A stretch of 64,000 nucleotides of DNA from assembly GCA_963674755.2 (NCBI GenBank), contig CAXXVS010000003.1, forward strand, positions 1,376,001 to 1,440,000, read 5' to 3'. Positions 10,793-21,687 of the stretch are shown in pieces; the first letter of the stretch is position 1, and each line of letters starts with the position of its first letter. The translations under genes were made by a program, and so were the position numbers. Under the pieces are notes generated by a model that saw only the letters and a program-made list of their open reading frames with translations, searched no databases and was not told the DNA's origin. Source of the stretch: Desulfobacterales bacterium (GTDB lineage Bacteria; Desulfobacterota; Desulfobacteria; Desulfobacterales; UBA5852).

Positions 10793-11266
10793 ATGAGCGG
10801 CAGCCCACACAAGGAAGGCATGCATCGATCCTCTTGCCAATCCCGGGAGGGATTTCTATCGGTGCAGGACGCCTTGATCGTTTTGGCCATCCGGATGATA
10901 GGCGGCGATATCCGCCGAAATCCATCGGCTCGGCAGCATATCATCGCCCTGGCGCGGGCCACGCCCCTGTTTCTGATGGAGGACTACGATGAGACCAAGG
11001 GGCGCCTTGATGGCTTCCTCAGCCGAGCCGGAACGACGGCCATGGACGATATCTTCGCCCGTGCGTTGGACCGACTCAAAGGGGCCTGTCGCCGCGAGGC
11101 GCTGGCATGGTCTGCCAGCAATGCGGTCATCCAGCAACCCACGGATGAAAAGAGCGCCATGCTGTATCATATCGGCAAAGCCCTCGGGTTCTCCATCTCC
11201 GAGGTGGAGGAAAGCCTGGTGCAGGCACGGCGGAAGCCCGCCGGCCCTGCGGCGGCGGATGACTGA
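10793..11266 (+). CDS. Hypothetical protein, possibly TerB-like
   Basis: Helical protein with C-terminal TDEKSAMLYHIGKALG pattern. Confidence 0.5.
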   Translation: MSGSPHKEGMHRSSCQSREGFLSVQDALIVLAIRMIGGDIRRNPSARQHIIALARATPLFLMEDYDETKGRLDGFLSRAGTTAMDDIFARALDRLKGACRREALAWSASNAVIQQPTDEKSAMLYHIGKALGFSISEVEESLVQARRKPAGPAAADD

Positions 11267-11353
11267 GCCGCCCGCTGGGGAGCGGCGGGGCAGAAGCTCG
11301 CCGTCCCCGGGCGGTGGTGCCCCCGGACCCACGACGGAAGAAAGGAGATCGCC

Positions 11354-12079
11354 ATGCAAAGACGTGTAGCGCTTGTGACCGGCGCCAACCGCGGACTGGG
11401 ATTTGAAATTGCCCGCCAGCTGGCCGACTTCGGGATCACGGTGGTGATCGGGGCACGTGATGCGGCCCAGGGTGAGGCGGCGGCCCAATCTCTTCTGAAT
11501 GACCGCCGCAGCGTTTACAGCCGGATGCTCGACGTGACCAGAGCCGTCACGATTCAGGCGGCCGTCGCCGATATCATCGATCGTTACGGCCGTCTCGATG
11601 TTCTGGTCAACAATGCCGGGATCATGATCGATGCCGAAACTTCCATTCTGGAGCTCGATCCCACGCTGTTCCAGAACACGCTGGAAACCAACGCCCTGGG
11701 GCCGCTTCTGCTGAGTCAGGCCTGCATCCCTTACATGCGCGACAACCAGTATGGACGCATCGTCAATATCTCCAGCACCCTGGGATCCCTCAACGATATT
11801 GCCACACCGGATTCCGAATACGCCGTCATGCTGTCGCCGGCCTACCGGCTTTCCAAAAGCCTGCTGAACGGCCTGACCGTTCTGCTGGCCAAGGAACTGC
11901 GGGGAACCAATATCCTGGTGAATTCGGCCTGCCCGGGCTGGGTGCGCACCCGGCTGGGGGGCGAGCGGGCGCCGCTCATGCCGGCCCAGGGGGCGGAAAC
12001 CCCCGTTTGGCTGGCCACCCTGCCGGACGACGGCCCTACCGGCGGTTTTTTCCGCGAGAAACGTCCTATCCCCTGGTAG
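11354..12079 (+). CDS. SDR family oxidoreductase (carbonyl reductase-like)
   Basis: TGANRGLG, NNAG, YRLSK, ACPGWVRT. Confidence 0.95.
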   Translation: MQRRVALVTGANRGLGFEIARQLADFGITVVIGARDAAQGEAAAQSLLNDRRSVYSRMLDVTRAVTIQAAVADIIDRYGRLDVLVNNAGIMIDAETSILELDPTLFQNTLETNALGPLLLSQACIPYMRDNQYGRIVNISSTLGSLNDIATPDSEYAVMLSPAYRLSKSLLNGLTVLLAKELRGTNILVNSACPGWVRTRLGGERAPLMPAQGAETPVWLATLPDDGPTGGFFREKRPIPW

Positions 12080-12127
12080 CCAGGCATCTTGACAGCGTTG
12101 CTATCGGGCGATACACCCACCAACGCG

Positions 12128-12172
12128 ACCCCCCTTGCCGCCCATGCGGCCGAGGGGGTTTTCGTTTTTTTT
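12128..12172 (+). terminator. Rho-independent terminator
   Basis: GC-rich hairpin CCCCCTTGCCGC-CCAT-GCGGCCGAGGGGG followed by a T-tract. Confidence 0.65.
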
Positions 12173-12202
12173 TACCGCCACCGATCAGAAAGGGGGGTAT
12201 CC

Positions 12203-13129
12203 TTGCCGATTCATTTGCCGGAAAGGGTCAAGCGTCGGCTGGCCCTGCCGCCCGGGGCCATGATCGCGCGTTTTGGCTGGCAGCAGTTCATGATTTCCCT
12301 GGGCGCTGTGATATCGGCCCTGGCGTACGTCGTCTTCCAGCTGCCTTACAATATCGCGGCCGGCGGGGTCAGCGGCCTGGGGATCATCGTCCACCACTGG
12401 ACGGGGTTTCCGGTGGGGCTGTTTTTCCTGCTGTTGAACATCCCCTTGTTCGGGCTGGGATTTTTCGTGCTGGGGCGCTGGCGTTTTCTCTGGTCGAGTA
12501 CCCTTGCCGTGCTGGTCTTTTCGGTCGCCACCGACTATCTGGTTCATGCCCTGCCGGGATGGCTGGACCCTTATCCGGTGACGTCCGAACCGTTGCTGGC
12601 CTGCATCTATGCCGGTATCCTCTACGGCCTGGGAACCGGACTCGTCTACCGCTACGGCGGCACCATCGGGGGCACGTCGATTCCGGCCCGCATCATTTAC
12701 AACAAGACCGGCTTTCCCCTGAGCCAGTCCTACCTGTTTACCGACCTGGCAATCATTGCCCTGGCCGGTGTGGTCTTCACGCTGGAAACCGCTCTCCTGG
12801 CGGTGCTGACCCTCCTTCTGGTGGGGCTCTTTTCCGATTTCGTGCTCGAAGGCAGCAGCCAGATGCGCACCCTGATGATCATCACCGAGAAGCCCGGCCC
12901 CATCTGCGATGCCATCATGTACGAGCTTCAGCGAGGGGTGACCCACTGGGAGGTCACGGGGGGCTATTCCCGGAAAAAGCGCACCATGCTTTACCTGACG
13001 GCCCTGCGTTCGCGCATCTACGACGTGAAGTACATCATCGCCCGCATCGATCCTGAGGCGTTCATGGTGGTGGGTGTCTCCCAGCAGACCTGGGGCGGCT
13101 ACAACGCCCCCAAAATAGACCGGCGCTGA
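12203..13129 (+). CDS. YitT family membrane protein (DUF161/DUF2179)
   Basis: IAAGGVSGLG, LLNIPLF, GGTIGGT, RGVT..TGGYS, IDPEAF. TTG start inferred. Confidence 0.88.
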   Translation: MPIHLPERVKRRLALPPGAMIARFGWQQFMISLGAVISALAYVVFQLPYNIAAGGVSGLGIIVHHWTGFPVGLFFLLLNIPLFGLGFFVLGRWRFLWSSTLAVLVFSVATDYLVHALPGWLDPYPVTSEPLLACIYAGILYGLGTGLVYRYGGTIGGTSIPARIIYNKTGFPLSQSYLFTDLAIIALAGVVFTLETALLAVLTLLLVGLFSDFVLEGSSQMRTLMIITEKPGPICDAIMYELQRGVTHWEVTGGYSRKKRTMLYLTALRSRIYDVKYIIARIDPEAFMVVGVSQQTWGGYNAPKIDRR

Positions 13130-13157
13130 GGGGCGATCCGGACGGATTTGCGATGGC

Positions 13158-14294
13158 CTAACGGCGCAGCCGGGTGACCGCTTCGATGAGGACCGGCAGG
13201 GCTGCGTCGATCTCTTCCCGGGTCGTGGTCCGCCCGACGCTGAAGCGCACCGTGCCACGGGCACGGTCCTGGGGGAGCTGCATGGCGGCCAGCACGTGGG
13301 AGACGGCCACGCTGTCGGCGTGGCAGGCAGCCCCGGCCGAGGCGGCGAGGGTGCCCTGGACGGCGGTCAGCAGGTCGTTGGCATCGATGCCCGCAAAGGC
13401 CAGACTGAGGGTGTTGGGCAGCCGTTGGTCCGGGTGGCCGTTCAGGGTCACGCCTTCCAGGCGGTCGGCCAATCCCCGGTGCAGGCGCTCGCGCATCGCC
13501 TGCATGTGTCCGCGGTGCTGTTCGAGTTCCCGGGCGGCGATTTCGCAAGCCTTCCCCAGCCCCGCGATCAAGGCCACATTTTCGGTGCCGGCCCGGCGGC
13601 CGTTCTCCTGCCCGGCCCCGTGGCAGAAATTCTCAAGAGTGATTCCCGCGCGTACATATAAAGCCCCAACGCCCTTGGGAGCGTAGAGCTTGTGGCCGGC
13701 CAGGGAGAGCAGATCCACGCCCAGCTCGTCCACCCGGGTGGGCACCTTGCCCACGGATTGGGCCGCATCCGTATGAAAAGGGATGCCGTAAGACCGGGCG
13801 ATGGCGCCAATCTCAGCAATGGGCTGGAGGGTGCCCACTTCGTTGTTGGCATGCATGATGGAGATCAGGCGGGTGTCCGGCCGGATCGCAGCCCCCACCG
13901 TGGCCGGGTCCACCCGACAGGCCGCATCCACCGGCAGAACGGTCAGCTCCACCCCGAAGCGCATCAGGAAAAGACAGACCTCCAGCACGGCCGAATGCTC
14001 CACGGCGCTCGTGATGATGTGCCCGCCGCGGTGGTCGGCCATCAGGATGCCCTTGAGGGCATGGTTGTTGGCTTCGGTGCCGCCGCTGGTGAAGATGATT
14101 TCTTCAGGGTGGCATCCCAGCAAATCAGCCACCTGCTGCCGTGCTTCGGCCACGGCGGCCCGGGGGCGGCGGCCGTAGACATGGCCGCTGGAGGGGTTGC
14201 CGAAGGCATCGCCCCAGTAAGGCTGCATGGTCCGGACCACTTCGGGATCCAGGGGGGTGGTACCGTTATAATCGAAATAAATGGGTTCTGGCAT
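13158..14294 (-). CDS. Cysteine desulfurase (IscS/NifS group I)
   Basis: YFDYNGTTP, GNPSS, FTSGGTE, HTDAAQ, GHKLYAPKG, SAGAACH. Confidence 0.93.
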   Translation of the reverse strand: MPEPIYFDYNGTTPLDPEVVRTMQPYWGDAFGNPSSGHVYGRRPRAAVAEARQQVADLLGCHPEEIIFTSGGTEANNHALKGILMADHRGGHIITSAVEHSAVLEVCLFLMRFGVELTVLPVDAACRVDPATVGAAIRPDTRLISIMHANNEVGTLQPIAEIGAIARSYGIPFHTDAAQSVGKVPTRVDELGVDLLSLAGHKLYAPKGVGALYVRAGITLENFCHGAGQENGRRAGTENVALIAGLGKACEIAARELEQHRGHMQAMRERLHRGLADRLEGVTLNGHPDQRLPNTLSLAFAGIDANDLLTAVQGTLAASAGAACHADSVAVSHVLAAMQLPQDRARGTVRFSVGRTTTREEIDAALPVLIEAVTRLRR

Positions 14295-14683
14295 GGCGTG
14301 ACGCACGGCCTCCTTTGTCGCGATACAGACGGGAACAGAAGCATCGCATCGCTACGGTCATGGGTGAGGTCTGCCGGAGCGCTTTTGGCAATGCTCCGGT
14401 AATGGGAAGAAATCGAATTTGCGCTCGTTTCTCTTTTTTACGCATCTCCGCAGCGCTCGTCAAATGGGGTCCTTCTCGCAAGACCGATGCGGGCACGGCT
14501 GATGCCGTCATGGGGATTCTTGACTTCCAAGAGAGGATGCCATAGGCTCATAATCACTTATCATTTCACCGGATTGCCGCCCAAACGCGCATTGTCGCGC
14601 AGGTGAGTGCGGATTTTCTTCCGGATTCCCGATCGAGCGTTCCAACCCCGGCGGGGCTTGCCGGAGGAGATAGGACAAACGCC

Positions 14684-15691
14684 ATGGCGACAGCCCATGC
14701 ACACGGCAGCGGACCACAGCGCGGGGCTTTTGGGCTGGGGCTGGCGCTTGCGTTATGCCTGGTGGCAGGCGCCACCCTGGGCGGCTGCGGCCTCTACCGA
14801 TCCGATGACTATATCATTTGCCAGCTGAAAAGCGATACCACCTCCGAGGCCCTGGCCGAACGTTTTCTCCAGGATCCCCGGCGGTCATGGGTGATCGAAG
14901 AGGCCAATCCCGGGGCCGTCTTCCAGAAAGGCAAGACGGTGATCATCCCCCTCCAAGACGACAACCGCGCCGGGCTGTTCCGGGAAGGGTTCCAGGTGGT
15001 GCCGATCCTCTGTTATCATCGTTTCGCGGCCGCCTGTCGATCCGCCCTGTGCGTATCGGAATCCGCCTTCCGCGCGCAGCTGGCCTATCTCAAAGAAAAC
15101 GGTTATCGCACCATTCGTCTGGAAGACCTCTACGCCTTCCTCTCCTATCGGCGGGCGATCCCGCTGCGCTCGGTGGTCATCACCATCGATGACGGCTATC
15201 GCTCCAGCTACGACACGGCCTTTCCGCTGCTCAAGGAATACGGATTCACGGCCACGCTTTTCATTTATACGGATTTTGTGGAAGCCACACCCCTGTCCAT
15301 CTCCTGGGACCAGTTGCGGGAAATGAAGGCCGCCGGGTTCGAAGTCGCATCCCACAGCGTCAGCCACTGCGATCTGACTATGAGGCAGGCCGGCGAGTCC
15401 GAGACGGCCTATGAAGCGCGCATCATGGGGGAGCTGACGGCGTCCAAGGCCATTCTGGACCGGGAGCTCCAGCAGGACACCCGTTTTCTGGCCTATCCCT
15501 TCAGTAAATACGACCGCTGGGTCCTGGGCCAGGTCGAAGCGGCAGGCTACGATCTGGGACTTACCCTGGAACGGGGCGCCATCCCCTTTTTTGCGGATCC
15601 CCTGGTCCTTAAGCGTATCACGGTCCAGGAGGAAGGCCTTCATGATTTCGGCCGCCGCATTTCCACCCTAACGCCTGTTTTGCTGGAGTGA
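14684..15691 (+). CDS. Polysaccharide deacetylase lipoprotein with LysM-like N-terminus
   Basis: Lipobox LGGC; PILCYH, ITIDDG, ASHSVSH, AYPF. Confidence 0.88.
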   Translation: MATAHAHGSGPQRGAFGLGLALALCLVAGATLGGCGLYRSDDYIICQLKSDTTSEALAERFLQDPRRSWVIEEANPGAVFQKGKTVIIPLQDDNRAGLFREGFQVVPILCYHRFAAACRSALCVSESAFRAQLAYLKENGYRTIRLEDLYAFLSYRRAIPLRSVVITIDDGYRSSYDTAFPLLKEYGFTATLFIYTDFVEATPLSISWDQLREMKAAGFEVASHSVSHCDLTMRQAGESETAYEARIMGELTASKAILDRELQQDTRFLAYPFSKYDRWVLGQVEAAGYDLGLTLERGAIPFFADPLVLKRITVQEEGLHDFGRRISTLTPVLLE

Positions 15692-15695
15692 GACC

Positions 15696-16808
15696 ATGAA
15701 AACGATCCTGCGACCACTTGGCATCGGCCTTGTCATGGTGTTGCTGGCGGCGGGATGCGCCGCCGCGGGTCAGTCGGTCGGCGAGGATCCCGCCGGACCG
15801 GCCCAGGCCTATTACGCGGAGGGTCAAGCCCAGGAAGCGGCCGGTCATGTGGTGGAGGCCGCGCGTATGTACAAACTGGCGCTCACCCTGACCCCGGGAT
15901 CCAGTGAAATCGTCTCCGCTCTGGAACACGTGGAAAGCCGGCGGCGACAGATGGCGGAAGAACGCTATCAGATCGGTGAGCGGGACTATGCGGCCGGACG
16001 GTTCCTGGAGAGCAAGATCGCCTACCTGGCCGCTTTGCGGCTGTGGCCGGAGCATGCCGGTGCCCTGGAGCGGTTGCGTTCCCGGGAGAAAATAACGGCC
16101 GTCCACCAAACCCGGCATGTTGTCCAGAAAGGCGAAACCCTGACCAATATTGCCGAGAAGTATTACGGCGATTATAAGAAGTTTAAGTTGCTGGCCGCCT
16201 ATAATCAGCTGGCCGACCCCACCCGGATCAAGATCGGACAACTGATTTTGATCCCCGCCGTCGGTGCGGGAACGGCGACCGCGGCCGGCGGTCCAGCGCC
16301 CGCCGGAGACGACCGGCACTTCACGGCAACCGTCGAGGCACGCATTTTCGAAACGGCGCAGATTCAGGTGGCCAACTACCGCAATGACGGGCAAGAGATG
16401 CTTCAGGCGGGTGATTATGAGGCCGCCATCGTATCATTCGGCAAAGTCTTGAAGGCCGTTCCCAAAGATACGAAGGCCCGCCTCGCCATCGTCAGGGCCC
16501 ACGATGCCTATGGGCGCCAGTTGTGGGACCGGCAGGAAATCGAGCCGGCCCGCAAGCAATTCCAGGCCTGCCTTGCCTTCCGGGAAGGTTGCCGGTCCTG
16601 CGGTAAGGCGGTGGCCGCCTGTGAAAACAGCTACAAGACGCGCCTTTACAATCGCGGCATCGTTTTCTTCAAAGCCGGGGACGCTGCCGCGGCTTTAGGG
16701 GAATGGGAAATCCTGCAGGCCATGGATCCCGGCTATCGCAACGTTCAGGGCTATATCCGAAAAGCTAAAACAATGGATGCGCCGCCTGCCGGAATGGACA
16801 ATCAATAG
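15696..16808 (+). CDS. LysM/TPR lipoprotein
   Basis: Lipobox AAGC; HVVQKGETLTNIA LysM; TPR-like helices. Confidence 0.85.
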   Translation: MKTILRPLGIGLVMVLLAAGCAAAGQSVGEDPAGPAQAYYAEGQAQEAAGHVVEAARMYKLALTLTPGSSEIVSALEHVESRRRQMAEERYQIGERDYAAGRFLESKIAYLAALRLWPEHAGALERLRSREKITAVHQTRHVVQKGETLTNIAEKYYGDYKKFKLLAAYNQLADPTRIKIGQLILIPAVGAGTATAAGGPAPAGDDRHFTATVEARIFETAQIQVANYRNDGQEMLQAGDYEAAIVSFGKVLKAVPKDTKARLAIVRAHDAYGRQLWDRQEIEPARKQFQACLAFREGCRSCGKAVAACENSYKTRLYNRGIVFFKAGDAAAALGEWEILQAMDPGYRNVQGYIRKAKTMDAPPAGMDNQ

Positions 16809-16816
16809 AGAACGCC

Positions 16817-17764
16817 ATGAAGCATGCGTGTGAGGTCCTCGTTATCGGCCGCAGCTGCGTCGATCACATCGCTGTGGTGGAGACTTTCCCCCTTGAAAAC
16901 ACCAAAGCGGCCATTACCCATCGGCTGGTGGAGGGCGGCGGACAGGGGGGGACGGCCGCGGCCTGTATCGCCGGGTTAGGGGGGCGGGTCTGCTATGTGG
17001 GACGTTTGGGAGACGATGCGTCCAGCCGGATTTGCCTGCAGCGTTTGGCCGCCTTCGGCGTGGACACCCGCCATGTCCAGATCCTTCCCGGTGGCCGGAC
17101 CCCGGATGCGTTTATTTTTGTTACGGCCGCCACTGGTGATCGCACCATTTTTTACGAACCCAACCGCCTGCCGCGCCTGGAAGCCTGTGACCTGCCCGAG
17201 GGGCTGTTCGCCCGGGCGTCGGTCCTGCTCCTGGACCCCGAAACCACTTACCTGGCCGATCTGCTACCGGAAAAGGGCGGATTGCAGGTGGTCTATGATG
17301 CCGAACGCTGGCGGGATGGAATGGACGCCATGATGCAACGGGCCGATTATTTCATCCCCAGCCGGGATTTTTTGGACGACGCGCACGCCGGCTGCGGTGC
17401 TGGTCCGCTGACGGACCGTCTGAACACCCTGCAGGCACGGGTCGGGGGCCGGCTGGTGGTCACGGACGGGTCCCGGGGGGCCTATTACGTCCAGCAGGGA
17501 CGACTGATGCAGATTCCGGCCCCGGTGATCACGGTGCGTGACACCATCGGCGCAGGGGACAATTTCCACGCGGCCTTTGCCCTGGCCTTGAGCCGGGGGG
17601 CCGATCTGCCGGAGGCCGTCCGGCTGGCGGTGGCCGTGGCCTCCCTCTCCTGCCGGGCCTTTGGCGGCCGCAACGGCATCCCGTCCCTGGCCGAAGCCCA
17701 TCGCCTGGCGGCCACCCTGATCCCGCGACCGCTCTCCCCCGGCCATCCGCCGCACGCTTCCTGA
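16817..17764 (+). CDS. PfkB family carbohydrate kinase
   Basis: GGGQGG and DTIGAGDNF signatures. Confidence 0.92.
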   Translation: MKHACEVLVIGRSCVDHIAVVETFPLENTKAAITHRLVEGGGQGGTAAACIAGLGGRVCYVGRLGDDASSRICLQRLAAFGVDTRHVQILPGGRTPDAFIFVTAATGDRTIFYEPNRLPRLEACDLPEGLFARASVLLLDPETTYLADLLPEKGGLQVVYDAERWRDGMDAMMQRADYFIPSRDFLDDAHAGCGAGPLTDRLNTLQARVGGRLVVTDGSRGAYYVQQGRLMQIPAPVITVRDTIGAGDNFHAAFALALSRGADLPEAVRLAVAVASLSCRAFGGRNGIPSLAEAHRLAATLIPRPLSPGHPPHAS

Positions 17765-17913
17765 GACCAGGCGCCGGCATCCCCTTGTTGCCTGCCGGCC
17801 GCCAATCCCATACCGAATCATAAGCGCCTAAGGTTTTCGATAAAAACGCCGAAAAAAGAGACAGGTCCGGCGCCGATCGGCCGCAGGCCATTTACAGGGG
17901 GAACAATTCGCGC

Positions 17914-19146
17914 ATGGTGTTCAACGACAATCATCACCTGATCGACATCGGGCGGCTATTCGAGTACATGCCCTCGCTGTTCATCGGGCTCGGGGACGAA
18001 GACCGCGTCCTTTTATGGAATGCCCGGGCCGAGCAGATTCTGGGCTGCCGCGCCGCGGATGCGGTGGGATTCCCGCTGGAAGCCTGCCCGCTGCCATGGG
18101 ACCGGAAGCGGATGGCCGAGGGACTTGTCCGCTGCGGCCGGTCGGGCGAACCGGTCCGTATCGACGGCATGCTTTGCAACGGTCCCGGCGATGGTCGGAA
18201 GGAGCTGGGGCTGACGCTGATCCCCCTTGGCGACAGCCCCCTGTATGGCTTGCGAACGCTCATCAACGGGGCTGATATCACCACGCGGCGTCTGCTGGAA
18301 GAGCAACTGGCCCGGGCCCAGAAGATGCAGGCCATCGGCCACCTGGCGGCCGGTATCGCCCACGAAATCAGCACCCCGGCCCAGTTCGTGGGAGACAACA
18401 CCCATTTTCTGCGGGAAGCCTTTGACGACCTCCATCAGATTTTAAACCGGTTTCAGGCCGTGGCATCGGCGGTGCAGGAAGGCAAAGCCCCGGCCGAAGC
18501 GCTGGCGGCGGCCGAGGCCGCGGTCCGGGACATGGATCTGGCCTATCTGGAAACGGAAATCCCCCTGGCCATTGCCCATATCTTGGACGGGGTGGGGCGC
18601 ATCTCTAAAATCGTGCGTTCCATGAAGTTTTTCGCCCATCCCGGCGATACGGCCAAGACGCCCCTGGACCTCAATGAAGCCATCGAGAGCACGATCATCA
18701 TCTCGCGCAATGCCTGGAAATACGTGGCCGATGTCGAAACGGACCTGGACCCGGACCTGCCCCCGGTACCCGGACAGCGCGGTGAGATCAATCAGGTGCT
18801 CCTGAACCTGATCACCAACGCCGCCCATGCCATTGCCGAAAAATTGGGCCCCGGCGCCACGGACAAGGGGCGCATCCGGATCGCCTCCGGCCGGCGGGAG
18901 GGCTGGGCCGAAATACGCATCCGGGATTCCGGGGCCGGCATCCCGGAGGCCATCCGGCACCAGGTGTTCGACCTGTTTTTCACCACCAAGGAAGAGGGGC
19001 TGGGCTCCGGCCAGGGGCTGGCCATCGCCCATTCCGTGATCGTCGAAAAGCATGGCGGTGTACTGACCTTCGACAGTGCGCCGGGGGCGGGCACCACCTT
19101 TATCATCCGGCTGCCCGTAAACGGGGAGGCCTTGTCCAATGGATAG
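17914..19146 (+). CDS. PAS sensor histidine kinase (NtrB/HisKA type)
   Basis: GIAHEISTP, NLITNA, DSGAGI, FFTTK, GSGQGL. Confidence 0.93.
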   Translation: MVFNDNHHLIDIGRLFEYMPSLFIGLGDEDRVLLWNARAEQILGCRAADAVGFPLEACPLPWDRKRMAEGLVRCGRSGEPVRIDGMLCNGPGDGRKELGLTLIPLGDSPLYGLRTLINGADITTRRLLEEQLARAQKMQAIGHLAAGIAHEISTPAQFVGDNTHFLREAFDDLHQILNRFQAVASAVQEGKAPAEALAAAEAAVRDMDLAYLETEIPLAIAHILDGVGRISKIVRSMKFFAHPGDTAKTPLDLNEAIESTIIISRNAWKYVADVETDLDPDLPPVPGQRGEINQVLLNLITNAAHAIAEKLGPGATDKGRIRIASGRREGWAEIRIRDSGAGIPEAIRHQVFDLFFTTKEEGLGSGQGLAIAHSVIVEKHGGVLTFDSAPGAGTTFIIRLPVNGEALSNG

Positions 19147-20347
19147 AAAACGCCTGCTTTTCGTGGATGACGATGCCATGGTGCTGCAGGGCCTCCGGCG
19201 TTCCCTGCGCAAAATGCGCGACGAATGGGATGTATATTATGCCGAGAGCGGCGCGGCGGCCCTGGCCCAACTGGCATCCCGTCCGGTGGACGTGGTGATT
19301 TCCGATATGCGCATGCCGGGCATGGATGGCGTGGCGCTGCTCTCCGCGGTGAAGGAGCGCTTCCCCCAGATCATACGCATTATTCTGAGCGGCCAACTGG
19401 ATCGGGACATGACGTTGAAGTCCGTCACCGTGGCCCACCAGTTGCTGGCCAAACCCTGCGATGTGGGCGTGCTGCGTAAGATCCTGCACAAAACCCTGGC
19501 CCTCAACCAGGTCCTGGCCGACGATGCCATCCGGCGCGTGGTGGCGCGCATCGACACCCTGCCCAGCATGCCCGCCAGCTGCCTGGCGATCATGGCGGAA
19601 CTGCAGTCCGAGGAGGCCTCGATTCAGCAGGTGGCCGGCCTGATCGCCGGGGATCTGGGAATGGCGGCCAAAATTCTGCAGATGGTCAACTCGGCCTTTT
19701 TCGGGCTTTACCGTCGGGTGAACGACGTGAAGGATGCGGTGATGCTGCTGGGCCTGGATGCCATCAAAGCCCTGGTGCTCTCCATCAACGTGTTCTCCGC
19801 GTTCAATCCCCGGCAAATGCCGTTTCTGGATGTGGGGCTGCTCTGGGAGCACAGCCTGGCCACAGGCGGGTATGCCAAGCAGATCGTGACATATCGCCGG
19901 CTGGGGCGCGAACAGGCCACGGCGGCCTTTCTGGCCGGCATGCTGCACGACATCGGTAAACTGGTCCTGGCGGTCAACTTCAGCGATGTTTACCGCCGAT
20001 TCCTCGGGACGGCCCCGGCGGCGCCGGACCAACGGCTGGCAAGGGAGCGTGAAGCGATCGGGACCAGCCACGCCGAAATCGGGGCCTACCTCATGGGGCT
20101 GTGGGGGCTGGAACCGACGATTCTTAGCGCCATTGCCTTCCACCATCGCCCCCTGGACAGTCAGACGGCCTCCTTCGGACCGCTGACGGCCGTGCATGTC
20201 GCCAACGGATTCGATCATGGCCTGCGGGCATCCTCCACCGACGGCGGGGAATTTCTCGAAACGGCCTACCTGACCGCCCTCCAACTCGCCGATCAGGTTC
20301 CGGCCTGGCGGCAGGCCTGCGCGGCTATGGAGGCCGCGGTGCCATGA
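19139..20347 (+). CDS. Response regulator with HDOD domain
   Basis: REC (FVDDD, SDMRMP) plus HDOD (KILQMVNSAFF, WEHS, LHDIGKL). Confidence 0.93.
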   Translation: MDRKRLLFVDDDAMVLQGLRRSLRKMRDEWDVYYAESGAAALAQLASRPVDVVISDMRMPGMDGVALLSAVKERFPQIIRIILSGQLDRDMTLKSVTVAHQLLAKPCDVGVLRKILHKTLALNQVLADDAIRRVVARIDTLPSMPASCLAIMAELQSEEASIQQVAGLIAGDLGMAAKILQMVNSAFFGLYRRVNDVKDAVMLLGLDAIKALVLSINVFSAFNPRQMPFLDVGLLWEHSLATGGYAKQIVTYRRLGREQATAAFLAGMLHDIGKLVLAVNFSDVYRRFLGTAPAAPDQRLAREREAIGTSHAEIGAYLMGLWGLEPTILSAIAFHHRPLDSQTASFGPLTAVHVANGFDHGLRASSTDGGEFLETAYLTALQLADQVPAWRQACAAMEAAVP

Positions 20348-21492
20348 AACCCCGAATCCTTCTGGTGGACGACGACCCTCTGCTTCTGGCCGGCCTTAGA
20401 CGCCAACTCCGGCGGCAATTCCATATCGAAACGGCGCCGGGAGCCGGGGAGGCGCTGCAGATGGTGACGGGCCATGATCCCTATACGGTGGTGGTGTCCG
20501 ATTTCCGGATGCCGGGGATGAACGGCATCGACCTGCTGGCCCGCATCAAGGCGCTGCAGCCCGACACGGTGCGCATGATGCTGACCGGCTCCACCGACCT
20601 GGCCACGGCGGTCAAGGCGGTGAACGAGGGCCACATCTTCCAGTTCCACCTCAAGCCCTGTCCGGCCGATGCCCTGGCCCGGGCCATTCAGGAGGGCGTG
20701 GCCCACTACGAGGAAGCCGCGACCCGGACCTCCCAGATCCGGGCCATGGAAAAAACCATGGCCCAGGCCAGCGAAGTGCAGCGCAATTTGATGCCCAGGG
20801 ATCATTTTGCGGCCGAAGGGTTGGAAGTCGCCGGGCAAAGCCAGTGGTGCGATGAAACCGGGGGCGACTACTACGACTTCTTCCCCCGCCAGGTGGATGG
20901 ACAGGCCCGTACGGGCATCGTGATCGGCGACGTGACCGGCCACGGGATTCCCTCGGCCCTTTTGATGACCACCGCCCGGGCCTTCCTGCGGGAGCGGATC
21001 AAGGCCCCGGGCTCGACGGCGGACATCATGACGGACGTCAACCGGCACCTGGCCCGCGACGTGGAAGGGACCAACCGCTTCATGAGCATGTTCTACTGTG
21101 AGATCGAAGCGGTCCGCCGGCGTATTTGCTGGACCCGCGCCGGTCACGATCCGGCCCTGATCTACACCCCCGGATCGGAAGCCGTGGACGAATTGGCGGG
21201 CCCCGGATTCCCGCTGCCCCTGGGCGTTATGGAAAGCGCCGTCTACGAGGAGGGCGGCCGCGATCTGCAGGCCGGCCAGGTGGTTGTGATCGGCACCGAC
21301 GGCATCTGGGAGGCCCGCAACCCCCGCGGGGAGTATTTCGGCAAGAACCGCCTGATGGACCTGATCAAAACCCGGGCGGATCGATCCGCCCGGGAAATGG
21401 CCCACGCCCTTGTCGAGGCGCTGGACGCCTTTCGCCATCCCCACCCCCCGGAGGACGATGCCACCCTGGTGGTGATCAAGATGACGGATTGA
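20344..21492 (+). CDS. Response regulator with SpoIIE/PP2C phosphatase domain
   Basis: REC plus GGDYYD, GDVTGHG, TDG, EDDAT. Confidence 0.93.
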   Translation: MKPRILLVDDDPLLLAGLRRQLRRQFHIETAPGAGEALQMVTGHDPYTVVVSDFRMPGMNGIDLLARIKALQPDTVRMMLTGSTDLATAVKAVNEGHIFQFHLKPCPADALARAIQEGVAHYEEAATRTSQIRAMEKTMAQASEVQRNLMPRDHFAAEGLEVAGQSQWCDETGGDYYDFFPRQVDGQARTGIVIGDVTGHGIPSALLMTTARAFLRERIKAPGSTADIMTDVNRHLARDVEGTNRFMSMFYCEIEAVRRRICWTRAGHDPALIYTPGSEAVDELAGPGFPLPLGVMESAVYEEGGRDLQAGQVVVIGTDGIWEARNPRGEYFGKNRLMDLIKTRADRSAREMAHALVEALDAFRHPHPPEDDATLVVIKMTD

Positions 21493-21687
21493 GAGAGATT
21501 GGCCGCGGCGCGAGGCCGCGTTTTTCGCGGGGGATTACGGCGGAAGGCGCATATCCCTTTTAAGGCGGGGATGAGGCGCCCTTCGACGGCCTGGGGCTGG
21601 ATTGGTTTGGCGATGCTGCCCGGGGGTGGGTTCTTCCCCAGGGGGTTCGGCAGGCTAGCGGTTTTCCGCGCAGGAAACCCTGCCGCA

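Noticed and set aside
12089..12172. Possible riboswitch before yitT (TTGACA, then terminator)
   Set aside because: Too little sequence between the putative start and the hairpin for an aptamer; simpler as the SDR gene terminator.
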